The notes below the pieces were generated by a model. That model was not told the origin of the DNA. It ran no database searches and saw only the letters and a list, made by a program, of their open reading frames with translations. Positions 12,101-24,100 of a DNA stretch of 64,000 nt are shown here, piece after piece. The translations under genes and the position numbers were made by a program. How positions within the stretch are numbered: the first letter of the stretch is position 1; each line of letters begins with the position of its first letter. This DNA comes from the human T2T-CHM13v2.0 reference genome, Homo sapiens, in NCBI RefSeq assembly GCF_009914755.1, contig NC_060947.1. One strand, 5' to 3'.

Positions 12101-15100
12101 TCATAGACAGCGTCTTTCTAGTTTTTATCTGGGGATATTCGGTTTTTCCCCAAAGCCCTCAAAAAGCTCCCATATGGCTCCTCACAGATTCTACGAAAAG
12201 AGTGTATCCAACCTGCTCAATGAGAAGACAGGTTTAACTCTGTGAGATGTAGTGAAACATCAGCAAGCAATTTCAAAGTACCCTCTTTCCAGTTTTTATT
12301 GGGGGATATTCAGTTTTTCCCCCATAGGCTTCAAAGGACTCCCAAATGTCCCATCACAGATGATACAAAAAGAGTTTTCCAAACTGCTGAATCAATAGAA
12401 AGCTTTAACTCTGTGAGATGAATTTTCACATCACCAAGCACTTTCACAGACAGCTTCTTTCTAGTGCTTTGCTGGGGATATTCTGTTTCTCCCCATAGGC
12501 CTAAGTGGGCTCCAAAATGTCCCTTTGCAGATTCTACAAAAAGAGTGCTTCCAACTTGCTCAATGAAAAGAAAGTTTGAACTCTGTGGGATGAATCCATA
12601 CCTCACCAAGCAGTTTCACAGACAGCTTCTTTCTACTTTTTATCTGGGGATATTGTATTTTTCCATATTGGCATCAATGGGCTAAAAAATATCCCTTGAC
12701 AGATTATATAGAAAGAGTTTTTCAAACCTGCTGAATGAAAAGAGACGTTTACTTCTGTGAGAATAATCCACACATCACCAAATAGTTTCACAGAGGGCTT
12801 CCCTCCAGTTTTTACCTGGGGATATCCTTTTTTTTCATACACCTCAAATGGCTTTCAAATATCCCTTTGCAGATTCTACAAAAATCTGCTTCCAATCTTT
12901 TGAATCTAAAAAAAGTTTATCTCTGTGAGATGAAACCACACATCCCAAAGCAGTTAGTTTCACAGATAGTTTCTTCCTAGTTTTTGTTTGGGGATATTCA
13001 GTTTTTCCATATAGTTCTCAAAGGGCTTCCAAATACCCCTTCACAGATTCTAGAGATAGAGTGTTTCTTACCTGTTGAATCAAAAGACAGTTTTAATTCT
13101 ATGAGACTAATGCACTCATCTCCAAGCAGTTTCACAGACATATTCTTTATAGTGTTTATGTGGGGATATTCGTTTTTTTTTCCATAGATCTCAGTGGGCT
13201 CCCAAATGCCCCTTCATATGTTCTACTAAAAGAGTCTTTCCAACCTGCTCAATCAAAAGAAAGGTTTGACTCTGTGAGATGAATCCAAACAACCACAAGC
13301 AGTTTCAGAGATCACTTCTTTCTAGTTTTTCTTTTGGGATATTCAGTTTTTCCCCATAGGCCCCAGAGGGCTCCCAAAAGTCCCTTCACAGATTCTACAA
13401 GAAGAGTATTTCCAACCTGTTGAAACAAAAAAAAAAGTTTTACTCTTTGAGATGAATCCACACATCATGAAGCAGTTTCACTGATAGCTTCTTTCCAGTG
13501 TTTATCTGAGGATATTCCATATTTCCCTATATGGCTCAATGGGCTTCCAAAAGACCCTTCACAGATCCTCCAAGAGGAGTGTTTCGAACATACAGAAAAA
13601 AAAACAAAGATTTCACTCTGTGAGATGAATTAGACGTCTACAAACAGTTTCACAGATAGTTTCTTCAAGTTATTATCTTGGGATATTTGGTTTTTCCCCA
13701 TAGGTCTCAAGGGGCTCCCAAATGTCCCTTCGCAGATTCTACAAAAAGAGTGTTTCCAACCTGCTAAATGTAAAGAAAGGTTTAACTCTGTGAGATGAGT
13801 CCACACATCACAAAACAGTTTCACAGATAGCTTCTTTCTAGTTTTTATCTAGGGATATTCCGTTTTTCCCCATAGGTTTCAATGGGCTCCAAATGTCCCT
13901 TTGCAGATAGTACAAAAAGAGTCTTTCCAACCTGCTGAATCACAACAAAGGTTTAACTCTCTGAGATGAATCCACACATCAAGAAGCAGTTTAACAGATA
14001 GCTTTTTGCTAGTTTTTATCAGAATATTAGGTTTTTCCCCAGAGACCTCAATGGGCTACCAAATGTCCCTTCCCACATACTACAAAAAATGTGTTTCTAA
14101 CCTCTGAAACAAGAGAAGTTTACCTGTTTGAGATGAATCCACACATCACCAAGGAGTTTCATAGATGATAGTTTCCTTCAAGTTTTATCTGGGGAAATTT
14201 GCTTTTTCTTTATAGGTCTCAATGGACTGCCAAAAGTCACCCTGCAGATTCTACAAAAAGAGTGTCTGCAACCTGCTGAATCTAAAGAAAGGTTTACCTC
14301 TATGAGATGAATGCCCACATCACCAAGCAGTTTCACAGATAGCTTCTTTCTAGTTTTTATCTGGGGATATTCTGTTTTCCACCTAGGCTTCAATGTGCTC
14401 ATGAATGTAACTACACAGATTCAACAAAAAGAGTGTTTCCAACCTGCCAAATCAAAAGAAAGGTTTTAGACTGTCAGATAAATCCACACATCAGCAAGCA
14501 ATTTCACAGATTGCTTCTATCCATTTTTTTATCTGGGGATATTCTCTTTTTTCCCATAGGCCTCAATGGGCTCTCATATGCACCTTCAAGATTCTACAAA
14601 AAGAGTGTTTCCTAACTGCCGAAACATAAAAAAGTTTTAAAGGTGTGAGATGATTCCAAGCATCACCAAGCACTTTTATGGATAGTCTCTTTCTATTACT
14701 TATATGGAGATATTCGTTTTTCCCCCATAGGACCCAATTGGCTCCCACATATCCCTTCATAGATTCCTTAAAAAAAAAGTATTTCCAACGCTCTGAATTG
14801 AAATAATGGTTTAACTCTGTGTGATGAATGCACACATCACCAAGCCGTTTCACAGATAGCTTCTTTCCAGTTTTTATCTGGGGATATTGTTTTTTTTTTC
14901 CAATAGCCCTCAAAGGGCTCTTATATGTCAGCTTTCAGATTCCACAAAAAAAAAAGGGTTTCAAAGCTGCTTTATCAAAATAAAATTTTAACTTTATGAA
15001 ATGATCCACATATCACCAAGTAGTTTCACAGATACATACTTTGTACTTTTTATCTGTGGATTTTCAGTTTTTTCCCATAGGCCATAATACGCTCCCAGGT

Positions 15101-18100
15101 GTCCCTTTGAAGATTCTAAAAAAATAGTGTTTCCAACCTGCTGAATTAAAAGAAAAGTTTAAATCTGTGAGATGAATCCACACATCACAAAGCACTTTCA
15201 TAGATAGCTTCTTTCTAGTTTATATCTTGTGATATTCGGTTTTGCCCCATAGGCCTCAATGGGCTGTCAAATTTCCCTTTGCAAATTCTACAAACAGTGT
15301 TTCCAACCTGCTGAATGAAAAGAAAGGTTTAACTCTGTGAGATGAATCCACACATCACCAAGCAGTTTCACAGATAACTTCTTCTTAATTTTTATCTGGG
15401 GATACTTTGCTTTCCCTGACAGTACTCAATGGACTCCCAACTGTCCCTTAGCAGATTCTACAAAAAAAGTGATTCCAAACTGCCAAATCCAAGGAAAGTT
15501 TGAACTCTGAGAGATGAATCCACATATCACAAAGCAGTTTTACTGGGTTTGTTTCTCGTGTTTATCTGGGGATATTTGGTTTTTCCTCACAGACCTCGAT
15601 GGGCTCCAAAGTGTCCCTTTGCAGATTCTACAAAAAGATAGTTTTCAACCTGCTGAATTAAAAGTATGGTTTAACTCTGTGAGATGAATCCCAAGCAGTT
15701 TCACAGATAGCTTCTTTCTAGTTTTTATCTGGGGATATTTGTTTTTTTCCAATAGACCTCAATGGACATTCACATGTCTCTTCACAGGTTCTACAAAAAA
15801 GTCATTCCAAACTGCTCAATGAAAAGAAAGGTTTGACTCTGTCAGTTGAATCCAAACATAATGAAGCCATTTCACAGACAGCTTCCTTCTACTTTTTATC
15901 TGGGGATATTCAATATTCCCCATAGGCTTCAATGGGCTTCCAAATGTCCCTTCGCAGATGCTACAAAAAGATGTTTCCAATCGGCTGAATCAAAAAGAAT
16001 GTTTTATAATCTGAGATGAATTGACACATCACAAAGCAGTTTCACAGATATCTTCTTTCCAGTGTTTATCTGGGGATATTCCATATTTCCCCATAGGCCT
16101 CAAAGGGCTTCTAAGTGCCCCTTCAGAGACTCTACAAAGGAGGGTTTCAAAACTACTGAATCAAAAGAAAGATTTAACTCTGTGAGATGAATCCACACAT
16201 TACCAAGCAGTTTCACAGACAGCTTCTTTCTAGCTTTTATCTGAGGATATTTTGTTTTTCAACATAGGCCTCAACAGGCTCCCAAATGTACCTCTGCAGA
16301 TTCTACAAAAAGAGTGTTTCCAACCTGTTGAATCAAAAAAAAGTTTTACCTCATGAAAAGAATCAACACATCACAAAGCAGTTTCACTGAGAGCTTTTTT
16401 CTAGTTTTCATCTGGGGATATTCTGTTTTCTTGCATAGGCCTCAATGGGCTCCCAAATATCCCTTCATAGATTCTTTTAAAAAAGTGTTTCCAATCTTCT
16501 GACTCAAAAGAATACTTTAACTCTGTGAGATGAATCCACACATCATCAAGGAGTTTCACAGATAATTTTTTTCTAATTTTTATCTTGAACTATTCAGTTT
16601 TTTCCATAGGCCTCAATGGACTCCCACATATTTCTTGGCAGATCCTACAAAAAGAAAATTTCCAAACTTCTCAATCCAAAGAAAGGTTTAACTCTTTCAG
16701 ATTAATCCATACAACAAAAAGCAGTTTCACAGATAGCTGCTTTCTAGTTTTTATCTAGGGAAGTTCAGTTTTTCCTTTTAGTCCTCAATGGGTTCCCATG
16801 AGTCCATTTGAAAATTCTACAAAAAGAGTTTCCAACCTGCTGAATGAAAAGAAAGGTTTAAATTTGTGAGATGAATCCACACATCTCCAAGCAGTTTCAC
16901 AGATAGCTTCTTTCTAGTTTTTATCTGTGGATTTTCTATTTTTCCACTAAGGCCTCAATGGGCTCCCAAATGTCCCTTTGCAGATTCTACAAAAAAAGTG
17001 TTCTCAACTTGCTTAATCAAAAGAAAGTTTTCACTCTGTGAGATGAATTTAAACATCACCAAGGAATTTCACTGAGAGCTTGTTTCTATTTTTTTTCTTG
17101 GGACATTGGGTTTTTTCCCATAGGCCACAATGGGCTCCCAAATGTCCCATCAGGGATTGTACAAAAAGAGTGTTTCCAACCTGCTCACTCAAAAGAAAGG
17201 TTTAACTCTTTGAGATGAATCCACACATCACCAAGCAGTTTCACAGATAGCTTCTTTCTAGTTTTTATCTGGTGATATTTGGATTTTCCCCAGAGGCATC
17301 AATGGGCTTATAAATGTCCCTTAGCAGGTTATAAAAAAGCAGTGCTTCCAAACTGCTGAATCAAAAGAAACGTTTAACTCTGTGAGAATAATCCACACAT
17401 CACCAAGCAGTTTCAGAGATAGCTTCTTTCTAGTTTTGTCTGGGGATATTCATTTTTTCTCCTTAGGCCACAATGGGGTCCCAAATGTCTCCTCACAGAA
17501 TCTACAAAAAGTGTGTTTCCAACATGCTAAATCAAAAGACAGGTTTAACTCTGTGAGTTGAATCCACCCTTCACCAAGAAGTTTCACAGATAGCTTCTTT
17601 CTCATTTTTCACTGGGGATATTCGTTTTTTATTCCATAGACCTCAAATTGCTCCCTAATCACCCTTTGCAGATTCTACAAAAAGAGTTTTCCAACCTGCT
17701 GAATCAGAATAAAAGTTTAACTGTGTGATATAAACCACACCTCACAAAGCAGTTTCAGAGATCATTTCTTTCTACTTTTTCCTTCAGGATATTCAACTTT
17801 TCCCCTTAGGCCTCAAAGGGCTGCCAAATGTCCCTTCAGAGATTCTAGAAAAGAGTGTTTCCAACCTGGTTAATCAAAGGACAAGTTTAACTCTTTGAGA
17901 TGAATCTACTCAACACCAAGCAGTTTCATAGATTGCTTTTTCATGTTTTTGTTTGGGGATAATTGTTTTTTTCCCACAGGCCTATATGGGCTACCAAATG
18001 TCCCTTCACAGAGTCCAGAAAAATAGTATTTTCAACCAGTTGAATAAAAAGTAAGGTTTATCTCTGTGAGATGTATCTAAACATCACCAAGTAGTTTCAC

Positions 18101-21100
18101 AGACTGCTTCTTCCTAGTTTTTGTCTTGAAATGTTCTATTTTTCCCCATAAGCCGCAAAGGGCTATCGCATGTTTCTTCACAGATTCTACAAAAAGTGTG
18201 TTTCCAATCTGTTGAATCAAAAGAAAGGCTTAACTGTGTGAGATGAATGCTCACATCACCAAGCAGTGTCAAAGTTAGTTTCTTTCAAGTTTTTCTCTGG
18301 GGATGTTCCATTTTTCCCCATGGGCCTCAATGGGCTGCCAAATGTACCTTCACAGATTCTACAAATAAAGTGTTTTCAACCTGCTGAATCAAAAGAAAGT
18401 TTTAACTCTGTGAGATGAAGCCACACATCATGAAGCAGTTTCACAGATAGCTTCTTTCTAGTTTTTATCTGAAGATATTTGGTTTTTACCCATAGCTGCC
18501 AATTGGCTAAAAAATTACACATCGCAGGTGATACAAAAAGAATGTTTCCAGCCTGCTGAATTAAAAGTCACATTTAACACTGTGTGAATTATCCACACAT
18601 CACAAAGCACTTTCACAGATAGTTTCTTTCTAGTTTTTACCTGGGGATATTCTGTTTTTCCCCATAGGCCTCAATGGGTACCCAAAGGTTATTTGCAGAT
18701 TCTACAAAAGGTGTGTTTCCAACCTGCTGAGGAAAAGACAGGTTTAACTCTGTGACATGAATCCACACATCAGCAAGCAGTTTCACAGAGATCTTCTCTG
18801 TAGTTTCTATTTGGAGATAAATATGTCTATCTGGGGAAATTTCTATCTGAGGAAATTCGTTTATTATTTCCCACAGACTTCAGTAAGCTACCAAATGTTC
18901 CTTCACAGATTATACAAAAAGAGTGTTTCCAACCTGCTGAATCAGAAGAAAGGTTTAACTCTTTGAGATGAATCATCTACACATCACAGAGCATTTCCAC
19001 AGATTGATTCTTTCTAGTTTTTATCTGGGGATATTCAGTTTTTTCCCATAGGCCTCAATGGGTGGCCAAATATCCCTTCTCAGATTCTACAGAGTGTTTC
19101 CAACCTGCTGTATCAAAAGAAACAGTTAAGTCTCTGACATGAATCCACACATCACAAAGCACTTTAACAAAGAGGTTTTCTCTAGTTTTTATCTGGGTGT
19201 ATTAGATTTTTTCCCCATGCACCTCAATGGGCTCCCAAATATCACTTTGCAGATTCTAAAAAATGAGAGTTTCCAACCATCTGAATGAAAAGAAAAGTTT
19301 AATTCTGTGAGATGAATTCACACATGACAAAGCAGTTTCACACAGTGTTTCTTTCTAGTTTTTATCTGGAGATATTCTATATTTCCCCGTAGGCCTCAGT
19401 GGGCTCCCAAATGTTCCTTCACAGATTCTACAAAAAGAGTGTTCCAACATGCTGAATCAAAAGAAAGATTTTATTCTGTGAGTTGAATCCACGCATCACA
19501 AAGCAGTTTCATTTATAGCTTCTTTTTTGGTTTTATGTGGGGATATTCCCTTTTTCAACACAGGCTTCAAAGGGCTCTTGAATGTCCCTTTGGAGATCCT
19601 ACAAAAAGTTGTTTCCAATATGCTGTATCAAAAGAGAGGTTTACTTCTGTGAGATGAGTCCAATTATCACAAAGCAGTTTCACATATAGCTCCTTTCTAG
19701 TTTTTATCTAAGGATGCTTTGTTTACCCATATGCCTCAATGAGTTCCAAGATATCCCTTGGCAAATTCTACACCATGAGTGTTTCCAAGGAGCTGAATGA
19801 AAAAAAAAAGGTTAATTTGTGAGATGAATTTATACATGACCAAGCAGTTTCACGCAGAGTTTCTTTCTAGTTATTTTCTGGGGGTATTATATTTTTTCCC
19901 CATAGGCCTCAGTGGACTCCCAAATGTGGTTTTGCAGATTCTACAAAAAGAGTGTTTCCAACATGTCAAATCAAAAGAAATGTTTAGCTCTGTGAGATGA
20001 ATCTGCACATCACAAAGCAGTTTCACTTATAGCTTCTTTCTAGGTTTAATCTGGGGATATCTGCTTTATAAATATAGGCCTCAATGGGCTCTCGAATATC
20101 CCTTCACAGATTTTACAAAAAGTTGTTTCCAAACTGCCAAATAAAAAGAATGGAATCATCTGTGAGATGAGACCACACATCACAAAGCAGCCTCCTTCTA
20201 CTTTTTATCTAGGGATATTTGGTTTTTCCCCATATGCCTCAAAACGCTCCAAAATATCCCTTTTGCATATTCTACAGCAAGAGTGTTTCCAAGTTGCTGA
20301 ATCAAAAAAAAGGTTTAACAATGCAAGATGAACATACACTACAAAAGCCACTTTCACAGATAACTCCTTCCTAGTTGTTGTCTGTAGATATTCTGTTTTT
20401 CCCCCTAGGCTTCAATGGGCTCCCAAATATTTTTTTCAGAGATTACACAAAAAAAGAATTTACCACCTGCTGAATCAAAAGAAACGTTCAACACTGTGAG
20501 ATGAATCTACACATCAGAAAGTAGTTTCACAAAAAGCTTCTCTCTAGTTTTTATCTGGGGATATTCTATTTTTCCCAAAAGGCAACAATGGTCTCTTAAA
20601 TGTCCTTTCAGAGATTCCACAAAAAGAGTGCTTCCAACCTGCTGAATCAAAATAAATGTTTAAATATTTGAGGTGAATCCACACATTACAAAGCAGTTTC
20701 ACTGATAGCTTTTTTCTACTATTTATCTAAGGATATTCAGTTTTTCACCACAGGCCTCAATGGGCTCCAAAATGTCCCTTTGCAGATTCTACAAAAAATG
20801 TGTTTCCAACCTGCTGAATAAAAAGAAAGGTTTAACTCTGTGAGATGAATCCAAGCATCACAAAGCAGTCTCACTTACAGCTTCTCTCTGGGTTTTATCT
20901 GGAGATATTTGCTTTTTCAACATAAACCACAATGGTCTTCCGAATGCCCATTCACAAATTCTGCAAAAAGTTGCTTCCAACCAGATGAATAAAAAGAAAG
21001 GTTCAACTGTTTGATATGAATGCACAAATCACTAAGCAGTTTCACAGATAGCTTCTTTCTAGTTTTTATCTGAGGATATTGTGTTTTTCCCCATAGGCCT

Positions 21101-24100
21101 CAAAGGGCTCCCAAATGTCCCTTGGCAGATCCTACAAAAAGAATGTTTCCAACCTGCTGAATCAAAAGGAAAGTGTAACTCTGTGAGATGAATCGACACA
21201 TAACAAAGCAGTTTCATAGATAGCTCCTTTCTAGTTTTGATCTGGGGATATTCAGTCTTTTCCCTTAGGCCTCAAAGGGCTCCCAAATGTCCCTTCACAG
21301 ATTCTACAGAATGTGTTTTTCCAACCTGCTGGGTCAAAAGAATGGTTTACCTTCATGAGTTGAATCCACACATCACTAAATAGTTTCACAGATTGCTTCT
21401 TTCTAGTTTTTATATGGGGATATTTGATTTTTCCCTGTAAATCTTAGTGGACTCCAAAAATTGCCTTCACAGATTCTACAAAGAAATTTTCCAAACCTGC
21501 TGAATCAAAAGAAACGTTTAACTCTGTGAGATCAATCCACACATCACCAAGCAGTTTCAGAGATAGATTCTTTCTAGTTTTTACCTAGGGATACTCAGAT
21601 TTTCCCCATAAGCCTCAATGGGCTCCAAAATGTCCCTTCACAAACTCTACAATAAGAGTGTTTCCAACCTGCTGAATCAGAGGAAAGGTTTATTGGTGTG
21701 AAATGAATCCACACATCACAAAGCAGTTTCACATATAACTTCTTTCTAGTCCTTATCTTAGGCTATTCTGTTCTTCCCTATAGGCCTCAAAGGGCTCTTA
21801 AAAGTCCCTTTGCCAATTCTACAAAAAGAGAGTTTCCACCTGGCTGAATAAAAAGAAAGGTTTAACCCTGTGAGATGAATGAACACATCAGAAACCAGTT
21901 TCACAGACCACTTCTTTGTAGTTTTTATCTGGGGATATTCGGTTTTTCCCCATAGGCATCATTGGGCTTTCAAATCTCCCATCACAGCTTCTACAAAAAG
22001 AGTGTTTCCAATATGCCGAAACAAGAAATAATTTAAACCTGTGAGATCACTCCACAAGTACCAAAGCAGTTTCAATGATAGCTTCTTTCTAGTTTTCATC
22101 TGGGGATATTTGTGTTTTCCCCATAGGCCACAATGGGCTTCCAAATATCCCTTCACAGACTCTACAAAAAGAGTGTTTCCAAAGGGGTTAATCAAAAGAA
22201 AAAATTAACTCTGTCAGATGAATCCTGACATCATCCAACAGTTTCATGGAAAGCTTCTTTCTAGTTTTTATCTGAGGATATTCATTTTTTCCCTATAGGC
22301 CTCAATGGGCTCCCAAATGTCACTTCCAAGATTCTACAAAAAGAGTATTTCCAACCTGCTGAATCAAAAGAAACATTTAACTGTGAGATGAATCCACAAA
22401 TCACAAAGCAGTTTCACAGACAGCTTCTTTCTAGTTTTTATGTGGGGATATGCTGTTTTTCTCCATAGGCCTCAATGACTCCCAAATGTTCCTTCACAGA
22501 TTGCACAAAAAGAGTGTTTCAAACCTGCTGAATCAAAATAAAGGTTTAACTCTGTGAGATGAATCCAAGCATCACCAAGCATTTTCACAGATACCTTATT
22601 TCTACTTTTTATCTGGAGATATTCAGATTTTCCCCATAGGCCTCAATGGGCTCCCAAATGTCGCTTCACAGATTCTACAAAAACAGTGTTTCCAACCGGA
22701 TTAATCAAAAGAAAAATTAACCTCTATCAGATGAATTCCAACATCACCAAACAGTTTCACAGACAGCTTCTTTCTAGTTTTTATCTGGTTATATTTGCTT
22801 TTTTCCCATATTCCTCTATGGACTCCCAAAAGTCCCTTCAGAGATTCTACAAAAAGAATGTTTCCAAAATGTGAATCAAAAGAACAGTTTAACTCTGTGA
22901 GATGAATCCACAAATCACAAAACAGTTTCACAGATAGCTTCTTTCTAGTTTTCATCTGGGGATATTTGGTTTTTCTCCATAGGCCACAATGGGCTTCCAA
23001 ATGCACCTTCACAGATTCTACAAAAGGAATATTTCCAACCCTCGGAGTCAAAGGAAAGGTTTATCTCTGTGAGATGAAGCCACGCATCAGAAAGCTCTTT
23101 CACAGATAGCTTCTTTCAAGTTTTTATCTGGGCGTATTCTGATTTCTTCCGAGGCTTTAATGGGGTCCAAGATGTCCCCTCACAGATTCTACAAAAACAC
23201 TTTTTACAACCTGCTGAATGAAAAGAAATGTTAAACATTTTGAGATGAGTCAACATATCACAAAGTAGTTTCCCAGATAGCTTGCTTTTAGTTATTACCT
23301 GGGGGTATTAGGTTTTTCGTTTTAGGCCTCAATGTGCCACCAAAAGTCCCTTTGCAGATTCTACAAAAAGAATGTTTCCAACCTGCTGAATCAAAAGAAA
23401 GGTGCAACTCTGTGAGATAAATTGACACATCACAAAGATGTTTAATAGAGAGCTTCTTTCTAGTTTTTATTTGGGGATATTCAATCTTTTCCCTTAGGCC
23501 TCAATGGGCTCGCAAATGTCCTTTCACAGATTCTACAGAAAGAGTGTTTCCAACCTGCTGAATCAAAGGAAAGGTTAAGTTTTGATGGATGGATCCACAC
23601 ATTACAAGAAGTTTCACAGATTGCTTCTTTGTAGTTTTTATCTGGGGAAACTCTTTTTTTTCCCACAGGCCTCAATGGACTTCAAATGTCACTTCTCAGA
23701 TTCTCCAAAATGAGTGTTTACAACATGCTAAACCAAAAGAAAGGTTTAATTCTGTAAGATGAATCCACACCTCATCAAGCAGTTTCAAACATAGCTGCTT
23801 TCTAGTTTTTACCTGGGAATATTCTGTCTTTTCCCATATACCTCAATGGGATCCCAAATGTTCCTTTGCAGATTCTACAAAGGAATGTTTCCAACATGCA
23901 GAATCAAAAGAAAGGTTTAACTCTGTGAGAAGAATCCACACATCACAAAACTGTTTCACAGATAGCTTCCTTCTTTTTTCTGGGGATATTAGGTTTTTCC
24001 CCATAGGCCTCAATCAGCTCCCAAATGTTTCTTCACGTACTCTACAAAAAGAGTGTTTACAAACTGCTGAATCAAAACAAAAGTTTAATTCTGTGAGATG

